Source of the DNA: Gekko japonicus
Taxonomy: Eukaryota
Assembly (NCBI RefSeq): GCF_001447785.1
Contig: NW_015160305.1
Span: forward strand, 111,258-175,257
Direction: 5' to 3'
DNA: 64,000 nt
A model generated the notes under the pieces. The model saw only the letters and a program-made list of their open reading frames with translations. It did no database searches and was not told the origin of the DNA. This document shows positions 49,119 to 61,802 of this stretch, piece by piece (the stretch's first letter is position 1; every line of letters starts with the position of its first letter). The position numbers were made by a program, and so were the translations under genes.

Positions 49119-50337
49119 GTCAACTGCAGCATGGGGAATGACTGGAATTGGTGCTTTCTTCTCAAAACATGTCTTAGGAATTGACCTTGCAGAGTTGAGG
49201 GATGCTACAGCACAAAGAAGTCTCAAAGAGGTGGCAGACGAAGCTCGTCAAGAATGGGGTGCACTGAAAAATGCCAAGCTCAACATTGCAATCACAGGTG
49301 CATCAGGTGTTGGTAAATCATCCCTTGTCAACGCGATGAGGGGCATGACTGATTATGAAGAAGGTGCAGCCCAGACTGGAGTGGTGCAGACAACTATGGA
49401 TGTCCATGGGTATCCTCATCCCTCATTTCCCAATGTAACTTTGTGGGACATACCGGGAATCAGGACCCCTACATTTAGACCAGAGGATTACCTAAAGAGG
49501 GTCAACTTTAGCCAATATGATTTCTTCATCATTGTTGCCTCAGAACGGTTCCGTGAGAATGACGTCCTCCTGGCCCAAGAAATTAAGAAAATGCAGAAGA
49601 AGTACTATTATGTGTTTTCCAAGGTGGATGTCTGTATGGATTCCGAGAGAAGGAGACCCAACTTCAGTGAGGACAAAACCCTTGAGAAGATAAAGAACTA
49701 TTGCTGTGAGAATCTGAGAGAGGCAGGAGAGCCTTCTCCAAGGGTTTTCCTCGTTTCCAGGTGGCACTTGAATATGTACGATTTCCCTCTCTTGCAAGAG
49801 ACCTTGGAAATGGAACTAGACGGTCTCAAGAGGCATGCATTCATTCTGGCTTTGCCAGTTTTCTCAAGAGAAATCCTGGAAAAGAAGAAGGCTGCTATGG
49901 AGGCCCATATATGGAAAGTAGCCCTTGTGTCTTGTGCTATTGGGGTAGTTCCTGTCCCAGGACTTTCTTTTGCCTGTGATCTTAGCATCTTGGTAGGAGC
50001 GCTGCTCATTTTCTACAAGGTCTTTGGGTTGACTGAAGAGTCCCTCCGCAGAGTTGCAAAACAGGTTGGCAAAGATTATGAAGTGTTGAAATCTGCTGTC
50101 AAGAAGTCTCCAATGTCTAGTGAGATCACTCCGGAATTTGTAGTGGGTCTCTTGGCCAGGTCATTGCTGTGTGGGTCCCTGATGACATTAGAACTGGTCT
50201 TTGATTTTGTACCAGTGTTGGGCTCTCTGGTTGGAGGGGCTAGTTCCTTTGTCACCACATTCTACATGCTGAGGAGCTTCCTGAAGGACATTGTGGAAGA
50301 TGCTGAGAACGTTCGGGCAAAAGCTGCTGAGCCTTGA
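49119..50337 (+). CDS. IRG gene 3, coding exon B: complete IRG GTPase
   Basis: Phase-2 acceptor CTTACTAG| at 49118, in frame with ATG 49138; GASGVGKSS, WDIPG, FSKVD and C-terminal helical domain. Confidence 0.92.
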
Positions 50338-52416
50338 GCCTTCTGAAACCAGCACCTGAGGATCCAAGACCCTCATTCGGGAAAATGAGTCCCAGGAATG
50401 AAATGTGTGAATGAGGGCACAGGATCAGAGCTTGAGCATGAAAAAGATTTGCATTTCTGTTTGGTTGCTTATTATTTTTCTTTTAACCGACACCCAAAGA
50501 GAACTATAGAACCCTTGTGTGGAATGAAAATGTCCATTCAAGTGTTTCAAGAAGACTTTTTCAAGTGTGCCAGTTCAGTGTATCTGACATCTGGAAGCCA
50601 TTTGAAGCATCTTTGCTAGTCCAGATGGCAGATCTGAGGCTATGAAGAACGGCACGAGCGACAAAGTTCTGAAGAGAGTGTTCTCGAATGACTGCGTGCT
50701 TGCCGATAGCTCATTCTTGTGATACTGTTTCCATCTAGGGTTGGCAGGTATGGGCTGGTGTATGGCGGGAAATGGGAGGAGGTGGGAACTTACTGGGAGT
50801 GGGGGTTGGGAACATCACTCCCATGCAATGATGCAGCTTCTGGCAGGACTTCTGGTGTCACCCAGAAGTGGTGGTGGTGCGCCAGGACAGTGGTCTAGCA
50901 CTCACCCCCAAACTCTATAGCTTCCATGGAGTTTCAGGCCAAGCGTTAGAGTGTTGCCTGTGGTGCAACACCACCATTTCTGGTTTGACCTGGAAGTTAC
51001 ATCATCACATGGGGGTGATGACTTCAAACCCCCCCCCCAATGTTTGGCTGGCCTGGTTCCACCTGCCAACCAGCTGGGCATCAGTGGGCAACCGGAGCTG
51101 TCCCTGGAGGACTCTCACCATAAGTGGGCAAATGGTAGGCCTATTTCCATCATATAACACAACTGCCCTCAACATGCAGAGTGGGCTTGGGTGCTTGAAA
51201 TGGTGTTCTATTTGTTTTAGTGAGCATCTTAGATCCACTGGGTCTCCCAAGAGCTGGTCCCAGCCTTTAATGAGGAACTCAACATGTTTATTTGCATATT
51301 ACACACCTTAGACTTACAGGCCCTAACGGTATCCTCTCAAGATCTTTCAACATCAACTCCTGGTTCTTTCAGACACTGCTAGTTGACAGATTTTCTCTGC
51401 TCTAAACATTCACTCTTCGTTAACTGTATTTTTAATGTTATTTTTTATGTAAAACAGAAAAATGGTATAGCTTTTTTTTTAAAAAAACACGTGCTTGTAC
51501 ACAAAGCTTATAGCCAGAATTAAACTTCGTTGGTCTTAAAGGTGCCACTAGACTCAAACTTTGCTCTTTTGCTACAGATCAACACGGCTACCCACCTGAA
51601 TCTATCTACCAGGTATAATCAGCAGTCTTAAAAGGTGCCATTGTGTTTTGGGCAACTGTTCTGTATTATAACCTTACTAGAAATAAGGCCCGTTGTGGAA
51701 ATAAATACAACGGGATCTAGAAAGAGGCTCTGGGAGAGTGCTCCGGCTTTGGGCAAACAGTGTCAGTTTGCTGTGGCAACCTCAGCAGGGTATAATGACA
51801 GAGTCCACTGTTTTCTCCAGAGGGACTGATCTGTGCTACCCGAAGAGCAGTTGTAATTTTGAGTGATCTGTAGCCCTCACCTGGAGAGTGGCAACAATTG
51901 TTACCCAGGCTCCACCCCTCAAATCTCCAGGAATTTCCATACCTAAAGCTGGCAATGCACCAAACAATTACTAAAGATTTTCCAAAACACTACTCTGTCG
52001 ATACATTGCAACACTTTGAATTAGCACCTGAGCTTTAAGAGCTCTCTAGCTGTCACCTGGAGACTGGCAACAGCTTGTTTGGAGGGTGGGGAGTATGGCA
52101 TTGTATCTGTCTGAGGTCCCCCTCTTCCTCCTCCTCCTCAGACCCCACCCACAGCAGGCTGCATCCCTAAAATATCCTGGAAGTTTCCAACCTGGAGTTG
52201 GCAACCCTATGTCCTTTCCAGGCAACCATCAGCCTACCTTTATCTGCCTGTCTGTCTTCAGGTTTACATCCCCCCCCAGCCTCTGCCTAGGGAAAGGGCA
52301 GTCTTTCCCTGCAGTGGGAACCAAAGCAGCTGACATCATTATCCTCTCCCCCGTATGATCCGCACAACTACCCTATGAGGTATATTAAAGTTGAAAGTGT
52401 GTGAATGGTCCATAAT

Positions 52417-52641
52417 CCCCCAGGCAGCTTTTAAAACATGAACCTGGGACCTGCACACCATCCTCTGAAGCGCTCTCTGTGGCAGTAATGGGGTGACTGC
52501 TGGCACCTTTTCCTATCATTTTTTGCCTTGAGGTATTCTGCTTGTGGTGTGATCTGTCTTACCCCCAGGCAGCTTTTAAAACATGAACCTGGGGCCTGCA
52601 CACCATCCTCTGAAACGCTCTCTGTGGCAGTAATGGGGTGA
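52417..52641 (+). repeat. ~145-bp tandem duplication whose second copy is split by a LINE
   Basis: CCCCAGGCAGCTTTTAAAACATGAACCTGGG starts at ~52417 and ~52563; the second copy resumes at 54078. Confidence 0.8.
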
Positions 52642-54063
52642 GGTTTAGGCAGGGTAGGTCAACAATGGACCACTGCCTTCTTCTTCAGCATCTCATTGAC
52701 AAATACTCTGGCAAAGGCCCCTCGTCACTTTATGCTGCGTTTATTGATCTTAAAGCGGCCTTCGACTCCATTTCTAGATCTATATTATGGAGAAAACTTG
52801 AAGCCTCTACAATAGACAGGAGACTTTTAGCGCTCATTCATGCCCTTCATGAACAAACATCTTTGAGGGTTAGATATACCAGGTTGGGGCATTTGACTGA
52901 TAAAATTCCCACTTTAAAGGGAGTTAGGCAAGGATGTATGCTAGCGCCTGCGCTTTTTAACTTTTACCTCAACGATGTTGCTGGATGTCTCAATATTATG
53001 GCCTTTGGCAGGAGACCCAAATTAAGAAAGTGGAGTGTAAATGACCAGAATCTTGAACAGGTAGCTAGCTTTCGCTACCTAGGCATGATCATCCAAGCCT
53101 CTGGATCTAAGACTGCCCATAGCCAGGCAGCAGCATGCTCGGGNNNNNNNNNNNNNNNNNNNNNNNNNNNNNNNNNNNNNNNNNNNNNNNNNNNNNNNNN
53201 NNNNNNNNNNNNNNNNNNNNNNNNNNNNNNNNNNNNNNNNNNNNNNNNNNNNNNNNNNNNNNNNNNNNNNNNNNNNNNNNNNNNNNNNNNNNNNNNNNNN
53301 NNNNNNNNNNNNNNNNNNNNNNNNNNNNNNNNNNNNNNNNNNNNNNNNNNNNNNNNNNNNNNNNNNNNNNNNNNNNNNNNNNNNNNNNNNNNNNNNNNNN
53401 NNNNNNNNNNNNNNNNNNNNNNNNNNNNNNNNNNNNNNNNNNNNNGCACCAACTAGTAATAAATACATTGTTGCGCAGGCCCCATATTTAGATGTTCTGG
53501 AGTCCCGCAAACTCAGAAGGGCTTACACTTTGGCTAGATGCTCTGCCTTACCTTCTGCAGTTCTTGAGGGCAAATTTTAAAAATTACCCCGAACAGAGAG
53601 GTTATGTATGTGCGCGTTGGGGGAGATCGAATCTCAGGAGCATGTATTCTTAAGGTGCCCGTTATTTGAAGAGGCGCGCACAAAACTCATTGAGCCTTTT
53701 TTGGCAGGCACTTCTGATCAGGATAAGATGGAAAACTTGTTTTTTAACCTTGAACATACAGCGCTCCATCAGATTGCGAAATTTTGCTCCTTGGTTATAA
53801 AAGCTCATCAGTGCCCTGGTTGTCACTCGGGTTAGGACTGTTTGATTGTAACTTTTACTGTTTCCAAGTCATCTTAGTTCTTTCCTTTTATTGTGTTTTA
53901 TTGTAATCTTAAGTCTGGTTTTAGCTACCAAAATGATTGTATAATGTTATTTTTTAGTACCTAGTTGCACTTTGGAAATTTTACTATTAGGCCATTGTAG
54001 TTTATTTGTATTTCTATGGTTTTATATTGCTGGCTAGGTGCCGTAACAATAAAATTCAAAATT
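52642..54063 (+). mobile_element. 5'-truncated, internally deleted non-LTR retrotransposon (RTE-X-like)
   Basis: RT motifs FIDLKAAFD and GVRQGCMLAP without YADD, C-terminal ERLC..H..C region, AATAAAATTCAAAATT tail, 14-bp TSD CAGTAATGGGGTGA. Confidence 0.85.
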
Positions 54064-56299
54064 CAGTAATGGGGTGACTGCTGGCACCTTTTCCTATTAT
54101 TTTTTTTTGCCTTGTGGTATTCTGCTTGTGGTGTGATCTGTCTTCTTTGTGATGTGGCATGATTGTGTTATTGGGTTTGTTTCTTTTGAAGGGGAAGTGA
54201 TGTGAGTGAGGACATATTTTACATCAGAATACAGTAGGTTCCATATGCAACTGACAGTTCTAACTGTCTCGGGGGGGGGCGTTTGAGGTGTGGAATGAAG
54301 TCCAATCAGCTTCCATATGCAAAAGACCTTGAAACGCTGGGCGGGACTGCACAAAGCAGCCAGTCAACCAAGCCAGCGTCTTCTGACTGACAGTTTTTGC
54401 GGCCAAACACTAAAGGTGTGCATTTGGAATGTTGGAGCCCACTACGGCTTTATATATAAGGGAGAGATAGTGTAGGTAGGGCTTGACATCTGGATCAGAA
54501 CCTGAAACCAAATACTTCCACTCCCCCACCATTTGCTGCACTATAAACTGGGTTTGGCTTCTGAGGGAAGAGACATTTGGGAGTCAGTGTTTTCTGATAG
54601 GCAATAGTCAGAAAAGTACTTCTACAGAGAGAAGAATAGAAACCCCATTATCTTAGATATATTAAAATTGCTTTGAGGGAGAACTTTAGATTCTCAGGAA
54701 AGCTACAGAACAACCTTATACAGACAAAGGATACTGGAGAAGGATTTGGCAGAAGGTCTGGGTAGTCAGCGTGAACTCCCATAAAGCCAAATAGTAAAAG
54801 GAGTTATTGCTTCTTAGGGACAAGGAGAATAACTTCCTGCCAATGAAAGGGGTTGGGAAGAGAGCCCTGGTCTGTGATAAACGGGAGATGCTTAGACACC
54901 TCAGGAGTGAATGAAAAACTGTATTATCAAAAGGAAAACCTGTAATATCTGAAGGAAGCAATCTAGAAACATAAATAAGAACTGTGTTGTGCTGAAATAT
55001 ACTAATCAAAGTACCTGTCAAAGAAAAATAGAAAGCCTTGAAACAAAACTACAAATACAGTCCCTTGAATGTTCTAAGAATTCAGCTATGTATATAGTAG
55101 AAAGTCTTTTACCTCTTTAATCTCAAAACCTTGGCTGTTCCATTTATACATATATTCCCTGCCTGTCTAATAAAATCTTTATTCTATTTTTGAAAGTTAA
55201 TTTGCCTCATGCCATTTCTCAAGGGTTTACAAAACTGGACAGCTTCTGTATTTTCAGTAGAGTTCCTGAACTGAGAAAAAGCCTAAACTACAAATCTCAA
55301 ACATAGGCCCAATCTGCATCTAGCATTTGCTCTTTTGTTGTACCAAGCCCACACTGGAACAGAAAAAGATGCGGCTCCAAACCACATTCAAATACCCCTG
55401 GCCAATGCCGTACTGACTGTAGAGTCACCCTTGAAGGGCCATAAAATGGCCATAAATCTATGCAGACAGCCACCATAAAAACCAAGATATCAAACGATGT
55501 GAAAGCGGCATGAAGTCTGGATGCTGCCATAAAATTCAACAATCAATCAAAGTGAAAGTGGCATGCAATGTAGATGGGAATTTCTGTTCCAGTGTGGGTT
55601 TGGTAAGACAGCGGAGCAAATGCTAGATGCAGATTCAGCCATTGGGTGGGACACTCAAGTCTTTTATGACAAAGAATATATCCACACTACTGTAGGGCAA
55701 CTCAGTCTACTGAGGGGAACTGAAGATCTGGCAGGAAAAATCTGCTAGACAGTTGAAGAGATACAGGGGTTCGTAATAAGCCCGATATTTGGGTTCTCAA
55801 GGGAACTCGTAATCTGTGATGAGAAGGGGCAGGGGTCTTTTCGTAGAAAAAGAGCTGCAGGAGCTCATTAGCACACAATATGCTAATGAGCTACTAGGCT
55901 ATTAGCATAATAGCTCATTAGCATATGCAACGCCCCCTGACATCACCTTCAAAAGCCTCCCCTTCCCTTCCCCAGCCGGGGGGGAGGGAGCGAAGAGAGA
56001 AGGGGTTTAAAGTTTAAACCCCTTCTCACTAGAGTTGGGCCGCAGAAGGAGGAAAGAGGGAAGGACAGAGAGAGAGTGTGTAGAGAGAAGGAAAGAGTNN
56101 NNNNNNNNNNNNNNNNNNNNNNNNNNNNNNNNNNNNNNNNNNNNNNNNNNNNNNNNNNNNNNNNNNNNNNNNNNNNNNNNNNNNNNNNNNNNNNNNNNNN
56201 NNNNNNNNNNNNNNNNNNNNNNNNNNNNNNNNNNNNNNNNNNNNNNNNNNNGGGAAAGAGAAAAGGAGGGAAAGGGGAAGGAAAGGAGGGAAAGAAAGA

Positions 56300-59200
56300 G
56301 GGCAAAGAGATGGGGGGAGGCTTTCCCACCTCCCCACTCCCCCAATCAAGACTCCACCCCCCCTCGCAGATCCCTCACCCTGGGAGGCAGCGGGGGGCCC
56401 CTCTTCTGCCCTCCCACGGGCTGCAGTGCTCCGTCGCTGGCCGTGGGAGGCGGCGAGCACTTGGCCGCCCGTGGATATTGACGCTCGGTGGTACAGGGCC
56501 GAGCCAAGTTTAAATGGGAGAAGGCCATCTTTTATGATGCTCTAGAGGACTGGGAGGGCATCCCGCCACAGGGGGAGCACCCTCCTTGGTTCCACCTCCT
56601 AAGGGCCCTATGGGAGCAGGGCAGCTGGCCGGGATGGCGTTTCTGGGCCACAAACAGTGAGTATCCCCTGCCCTGGCCACATCTACCCATCCTGTCACTG
56701 ACTGCCACCTTATCCGCTGTTTCCCCACCCACAGGGCGACCCCATGCGAAGCGACTGAGGGAGCCCTCCCCCACCGTTGAGGAGGAGCCTGAACCCCTCC
56801 TTGACCAGGGCCTGGACCAGCAGGAGCAAGATGTGCTTGCCACAGTGGCATGCAATGTCTCATGTGGGTGTGTGTATCTGGAGACCCTGGCCATGTGTCT
56901 GCCACTCACATGGTGGCAGTGGTTGGCCACTATCCTAATGGTGTTGGCAGGTGGCTCACTCGCCAGGCCACCATGGATGGTTGCCAGTGTTGCCAGCCAG
57001 ACACCTGTGCCACCAGGTGTGTGACATGCATGGGGCATGTAATTCACTGGCCTCAGGTGTGGCTGCTTTCCTCCCCCCATAGAGCCAGTGGTGGTGAGCT
57101 CCTTGCAGGAGTCTCCCAGCCATGCAGGAGGGTCTGAGGCAGGTGTCGCAGCTGTTGGGTGGCCCACTGTGTGCTGGTGGACCGTGTGGTGGCCTCCCGG
57201 GGATGAGGGGGTCTGAGGGGCTAGGAAAGCGCCCTTGGCAGGACCTGGTGGTCTTGGCCGCCAGGGTGTCACCTGCCGTGTGCTGGTGTTGGCCTCCGCC
57301 CTTCACATATGTGGTCTGGCGATGGGTCAGATAGCCAGCTAGGTCGCATGGGTGCTGGCGGGAGTGCCCTCGGGGCCCACCACGACCCCCAGGGGATGGG
57401 CCCTGTGTGGTACGCAAGCCATACCAGTGCCTGCCAGTGTGGTTCCCATCAGGGGCCTGCGGTGGCATGGTGGCCTCTTATGGACGGCCAGACCCCATCA
57501 CACCCTCCTTGCAGATGGCAGCAGGAAAGACCCGGAGTGTCCTTGGTGAAGGAAGCATCCCGTCACTGTTCGGCTCCTCTGGACACTCACCCAGGCCAAC
57601 TGCTGTGTGCCCCCCCCCCCAGAGCGAAACCACAATTGCATCAACCATGACCCAACCAACACCAGCATTGGCCATTGCACCTGTGTCCCACCCCACGACC
57701 CTCGGCCTAACATATTTTGGGCATGCTGTGTACGGCAGTATGCCCACGGACTGCTAGGGAGGGGAGGCCTGTGGCATGGAGCAAGGGGAGGAATGGGGCC
57801 GATGCCCACTGCAGCCGGTACCTGGCAACTGTGCCCTCTAGTCTGGAGGGGTGTAGGGCTGCGGCTTCTTCCATTTCCTTGGTGGCTTCCCGCTGTCACC
57901 AGATGCCTGGGTGACTGCACTGGTGGGGTCTGGCTGCCCGGGCTCGGGCAATGGAGCCCCTGTGGCCGCAGTGCTGGTGCCTGGCTTCACGGGGTCGGGC
58001 AATGGGGCACCTGTGGCTGCAGTGCTGGCGCCCGGCTGCACGGGCTTGGGCAATGGAGCATGGGCTTGGAAGGTCTCAACCGACAAGGTGACTGCACGTG
58101 TCAGGTCAGCGATGCCATTGGTGGATGTGTCCATAGACTGATGCATCGCTGCCCGATCCTCTCGGTCCTCTGCACGGCCAGCCCTCAGCTCTGCAAGGAC
58201 CTCCTCGTGCTGCCTCCGCTACCTCCCTCCTGGCCTCTCTACTCTCCTCCCTGGCTTGGGCTGCAAGGTGTTCCCCGACGCGCTGAAGGGCGGAGACCTG
58301 CTTCTTCCTGGCCGTGATGAGAGATGCTGTTTTGGCAGCCGTCCGATCTCCCACATCGACGTCTGGTGGCAGACCTGAGGAGTCATGGCAAGATGGGAAT
58401 CACCGCTGTGGCTCAGCCGCTGTGAGCCTTCCCGAGTGCCATGTGGTCCCTCCTCCCAGGCCCGCCCCACGCTGCCACTCACGTTCCGGATCTCGTTGGC
58501 CAGCCTCCCCTGGCTCTGCATCCTCCTCATCAGCATCCTGTGATTCTTGTGGTGTCCCTGGGGGAGAGAAGGACGGATGTCGTGATGGGCCACTGAGCTC
58601 TGGTGGCCAGCCCAACATCACTTGGGCCGCCTCATGGCCAGGGATGGGATGCCATCGTGGTGGCCTACAAAGGTGCCCATCATACCCTTGTGACTTACCC
58701 TGGTCGGCTGGAGGTGCCATTGCGACATCACCACCATCACTGTCCTCCACGTCACTGCTGAGTTGCTGGGTTGCACAATGGGAGTCTGAACCTAAAGGGA
58801 AGGGGACTGGAGTCTTCAGGATTGTTCCTGGCTTCTGTTCCTGTGCTGGATGTTTGGGACGTATCCTCTCTGCCTTGGATCCCTGTAACAGCGCTTTGTG
58901 GCACCGCTGACTGTGAGGTCATGTGGACTGTAGCATGGCCCCTGTGGTCTCCCCTTGGGGTGCAGCCACAGTCTCATCCATCTGTGTGGGGGGGGAGCGG
59001 GGTTAGCCGGCGAACGGAAGTCCAGCTCGCAAGATGGGAAAGCCTAGAGAGATCTCCTCGGCACAAAGAAAGCCTGTAATGGGCCGTTCCGACCAGGTGG
59101 TGGCAGTGCAGCGCTACAACTCAAAGGAGTCTGGAGAAAGCTGACGCCATCAAACCAGGCCAAGGAAAAATGCCGTCCGGATCACGTCTCATCTTCAACT

Positions 59201-60736
59201 GAACGAAACCCTCGTCGGCTGTGAATGTGTGTGAATTAAGATGTATATATGTTGTCCTCCCCTACCCCACAAATCATTGTTAGTCCCTCGTCATAATGAG
59301 TAACTGTAAATCACTCAGAGCCAGCAAGCTCTGCAGGATTGAGCAATCAATAAATTGAAAGATTATTATTATTATTATTATTATCTCTTCCCCCCTGCCA
59401 TGTGGTGTGGTATGATGTTTAGGGACGTTGTGCCCATCAACTTCCGTGGGGTGCCTTGGTGGTCTTTGTGGTGTCTGTCACTGCTGGTGGGGGCTTGCAG
59501 GGTGTCACTGTGGCATCACATTTAGGGTGCGAGCCCATGAGGGCAGTGTTCTCAGTGCACCCCATGTCGGGTGTCCAATAAGGGGACCCATGCACATAGG
59601 ATGGGATGCTTCCAGGGACTGGTGGGCTGGATTAGGCTGGGTGCAGGTGCTGTGGGAACTGGCTCCAGGCAGTATGCTGCCTGATGTGTGTCCCTCGGTG
59701 GACCTGGAATGGTGACGGCCACTGACCCGGGACCTGTGGCCAGCTGCTGTCACACCTACCTGGCTGGCTGCTGCTGGATGCCCGTGGCTCCCATGTGTCC
59801 TGCGAGTCCTTAGTGAAGAGCTCCAGTGATACCTGCTGAGAGGAGGTGGACGGGCCCTGGGGGGCATCTTGGGCAGGAACCCAGTCAAAGCTCTGGAGCA
59901 GCTCTTCTGCCCATATCTCTTTCTCCGTGTGGAGGAATCTATCCAGCTCCTCATAATAGGGGCATGTGGCTCTGCCACTACCAGATTTTGCATTCAATCT
60001 CACGGCTTTTTTGTATTTTAGGTGCAAGTCCTTGGCTTTTGAGCGGCACTCTTCAGCGGTCCTCGGGCAACCATACCTGTGGCCACCTCTTCAAATAACT
60101 CCAGGTTTCTGTGGGACTGTCTCAGGGCGGTCTGGATCGTCCCGTCTCCCCACAAATCTAAGAGGTCCAGGGTCTCCGGTCGCTTCCATGAGGGGCCACG
60201 CACCCTACCTCTTCCACAGGTGGGAGGGGGATTGGCTGCTGGTNNNNNNNNNNNNCGTGTAGGGGCCGACGCAGTCCCTGCTTGCTGTGGGCACTTGCCA
60301 CATTGCATTTTGCCGCTTCACTTCATGGCGAGTTGGTGCAACAGGTCATGTTTGTGCGCATGCACAGGTCTATGGAGCAGCACGGCTTTAGGTTTTATGT
60401 TTGTACACATGCGCAATCTGTGCACATGCGCAGTTCGGAGTTTGTGCACATCCTATGGCGGCTTACAAAAAACATCCGGTTTGTGACAGGACGTGGACGG
60501 GCACCGGATGCCACGGGATACTAGCGCTCCTGTGATCATACACCTGCCTGTGCCCTGCGTTTTCCGGATACTAGTGCGCTTTCCCAGGTACTTTTTAACT
60601 CTGCATCTTTGGCAGGATGCCATGGGTTAGCCACGGGTGCACTACGCTTCCCAGATGTTGCGGTGTGATCGCACCCCAAAAATCCGCCCAGCGTTCGTGC
60701 CTTTCGCGTGGCAAATTCTCCGTGTGACCGGGGCCT
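56300..60736 (-). mobile_element. Degenerate Harbinger/PIF-like DNA transposon encoding a Myb/SANT-like (trihelix) protein; left end uncertain
   Basis: 'RGPSWKRPETLDLLDLWG..RNLELFEEVATGM' and 'LKYKKAV..SGSGRATCPYYEELDRFL' (59930-60200, frameshifted); terminus CCGTGTGACCGGGGCCT followed by TTA, matching the MITE at 38558. Confidence 0.7.
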
Positions 60737-61802
60737 TTATAATTATTCTTTAAACAATCATCTGGTTCTTGTGTACACTTACCCTGAGAACTCAAAGGGT
60801 TGAACTTGTGTTTTCCTGAGAGCTTCCAAGGAAGCTGATGGGCAGTAGCTTTGTGATGGACAAAACAAAATACTACTTTACAAAGAAAGTGGTTAAAATG
60901 TGGGATTTGAGGCCAAAAGATGTAGTGATGGCCACCAGAATAAACAGCTTTCAAAGGGGATTAGATAGATTCATGGAGGGAAGGACTGCTTCCGGTCGTC
61001 GACAAGAGCAGACACGAGCTACCTAGCAGCTCGTCTTTGCTTATTATTCCACATCGTCTTTAAGGGTCTTTCCAACGCCCTTCAAGGGTTCTTTCGGAGG
61101 AAGAGCTCTAGCAAAAAGCTTTCTTCAACTAACAAGCTGGAGTAGCTATTTAGGGTATCTTTCAAAAAATTGCTCTGGAAATATCACATTGATATAGAGT
61201 GCAGTCTGTAATGTCCTATCATTTCACTTAGTGAAGTGTGGAGTCTGTTGCCAAGAGAAAAGCCTCTTCCTCCAGCCCAAGCAGCATTTCTCTTGGGAAA
61301 AGACACTTTGGATACTTATCCACAACACCCAAAACGTGGCTTTCTCTTAGTGCATGGCAACCCATGGGTGCTTCTTTTATGAAATGTTTTTAGAAAATTT
61401 TAAAAGAATAACCCCCTGGACGAGAAATACAGGCTGCTTAACAAACTCCAGTTCATTGAGAAATGATGACTCGGTCTCCTTGCCACACCTTGAGGATGGA
61501 TCCAACGAGGGTGTTGCCTGTAATGTTCTGAAAAGCAGATCTGCTCTCTTCTCTTCTTGTTATTATTAGACGGGCTCTGGAAACACAGGAAAGGTGAGAG
61601 AGGAAAAGCCCAACAGCCATTTGTCCAGGTATTTGGTTCTGCTGCTTCTCCGGAGCTTCAAGGCAACCACCACTCACAAACGGTGAGTCCATTTCTAATC
61701 AGATCAGCTCCCCTGACTTGCTCCCCTGTACCCCAGTGGCTTTGTGTTTTGCACTGAAAATATTTTTCAGTTGAACACATGTGAAACTGCCTTATACTGA
61801 AT

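Noticed and set aside
7669-50337. Six independent single-exon IRG genes or truncated pseudogenes
   Set aside because: The TTG starts at 7669, 9364 and 29965 fall in polypyrimidine tracts, and phase-matched splice sites join the ORFs in pairs in all three units
54164-55303. Possible solo ERV LTR (CCAAT, TATA, AATAAA, TG..CA)
   Set aside because: No convincing TSD or matched termini could be fixed
56488-59079. Many overlapping GC-rich ORFs as host genes
   Set aside because: Expected from GC-rich transposon sequence; no coherent exon structure or domain
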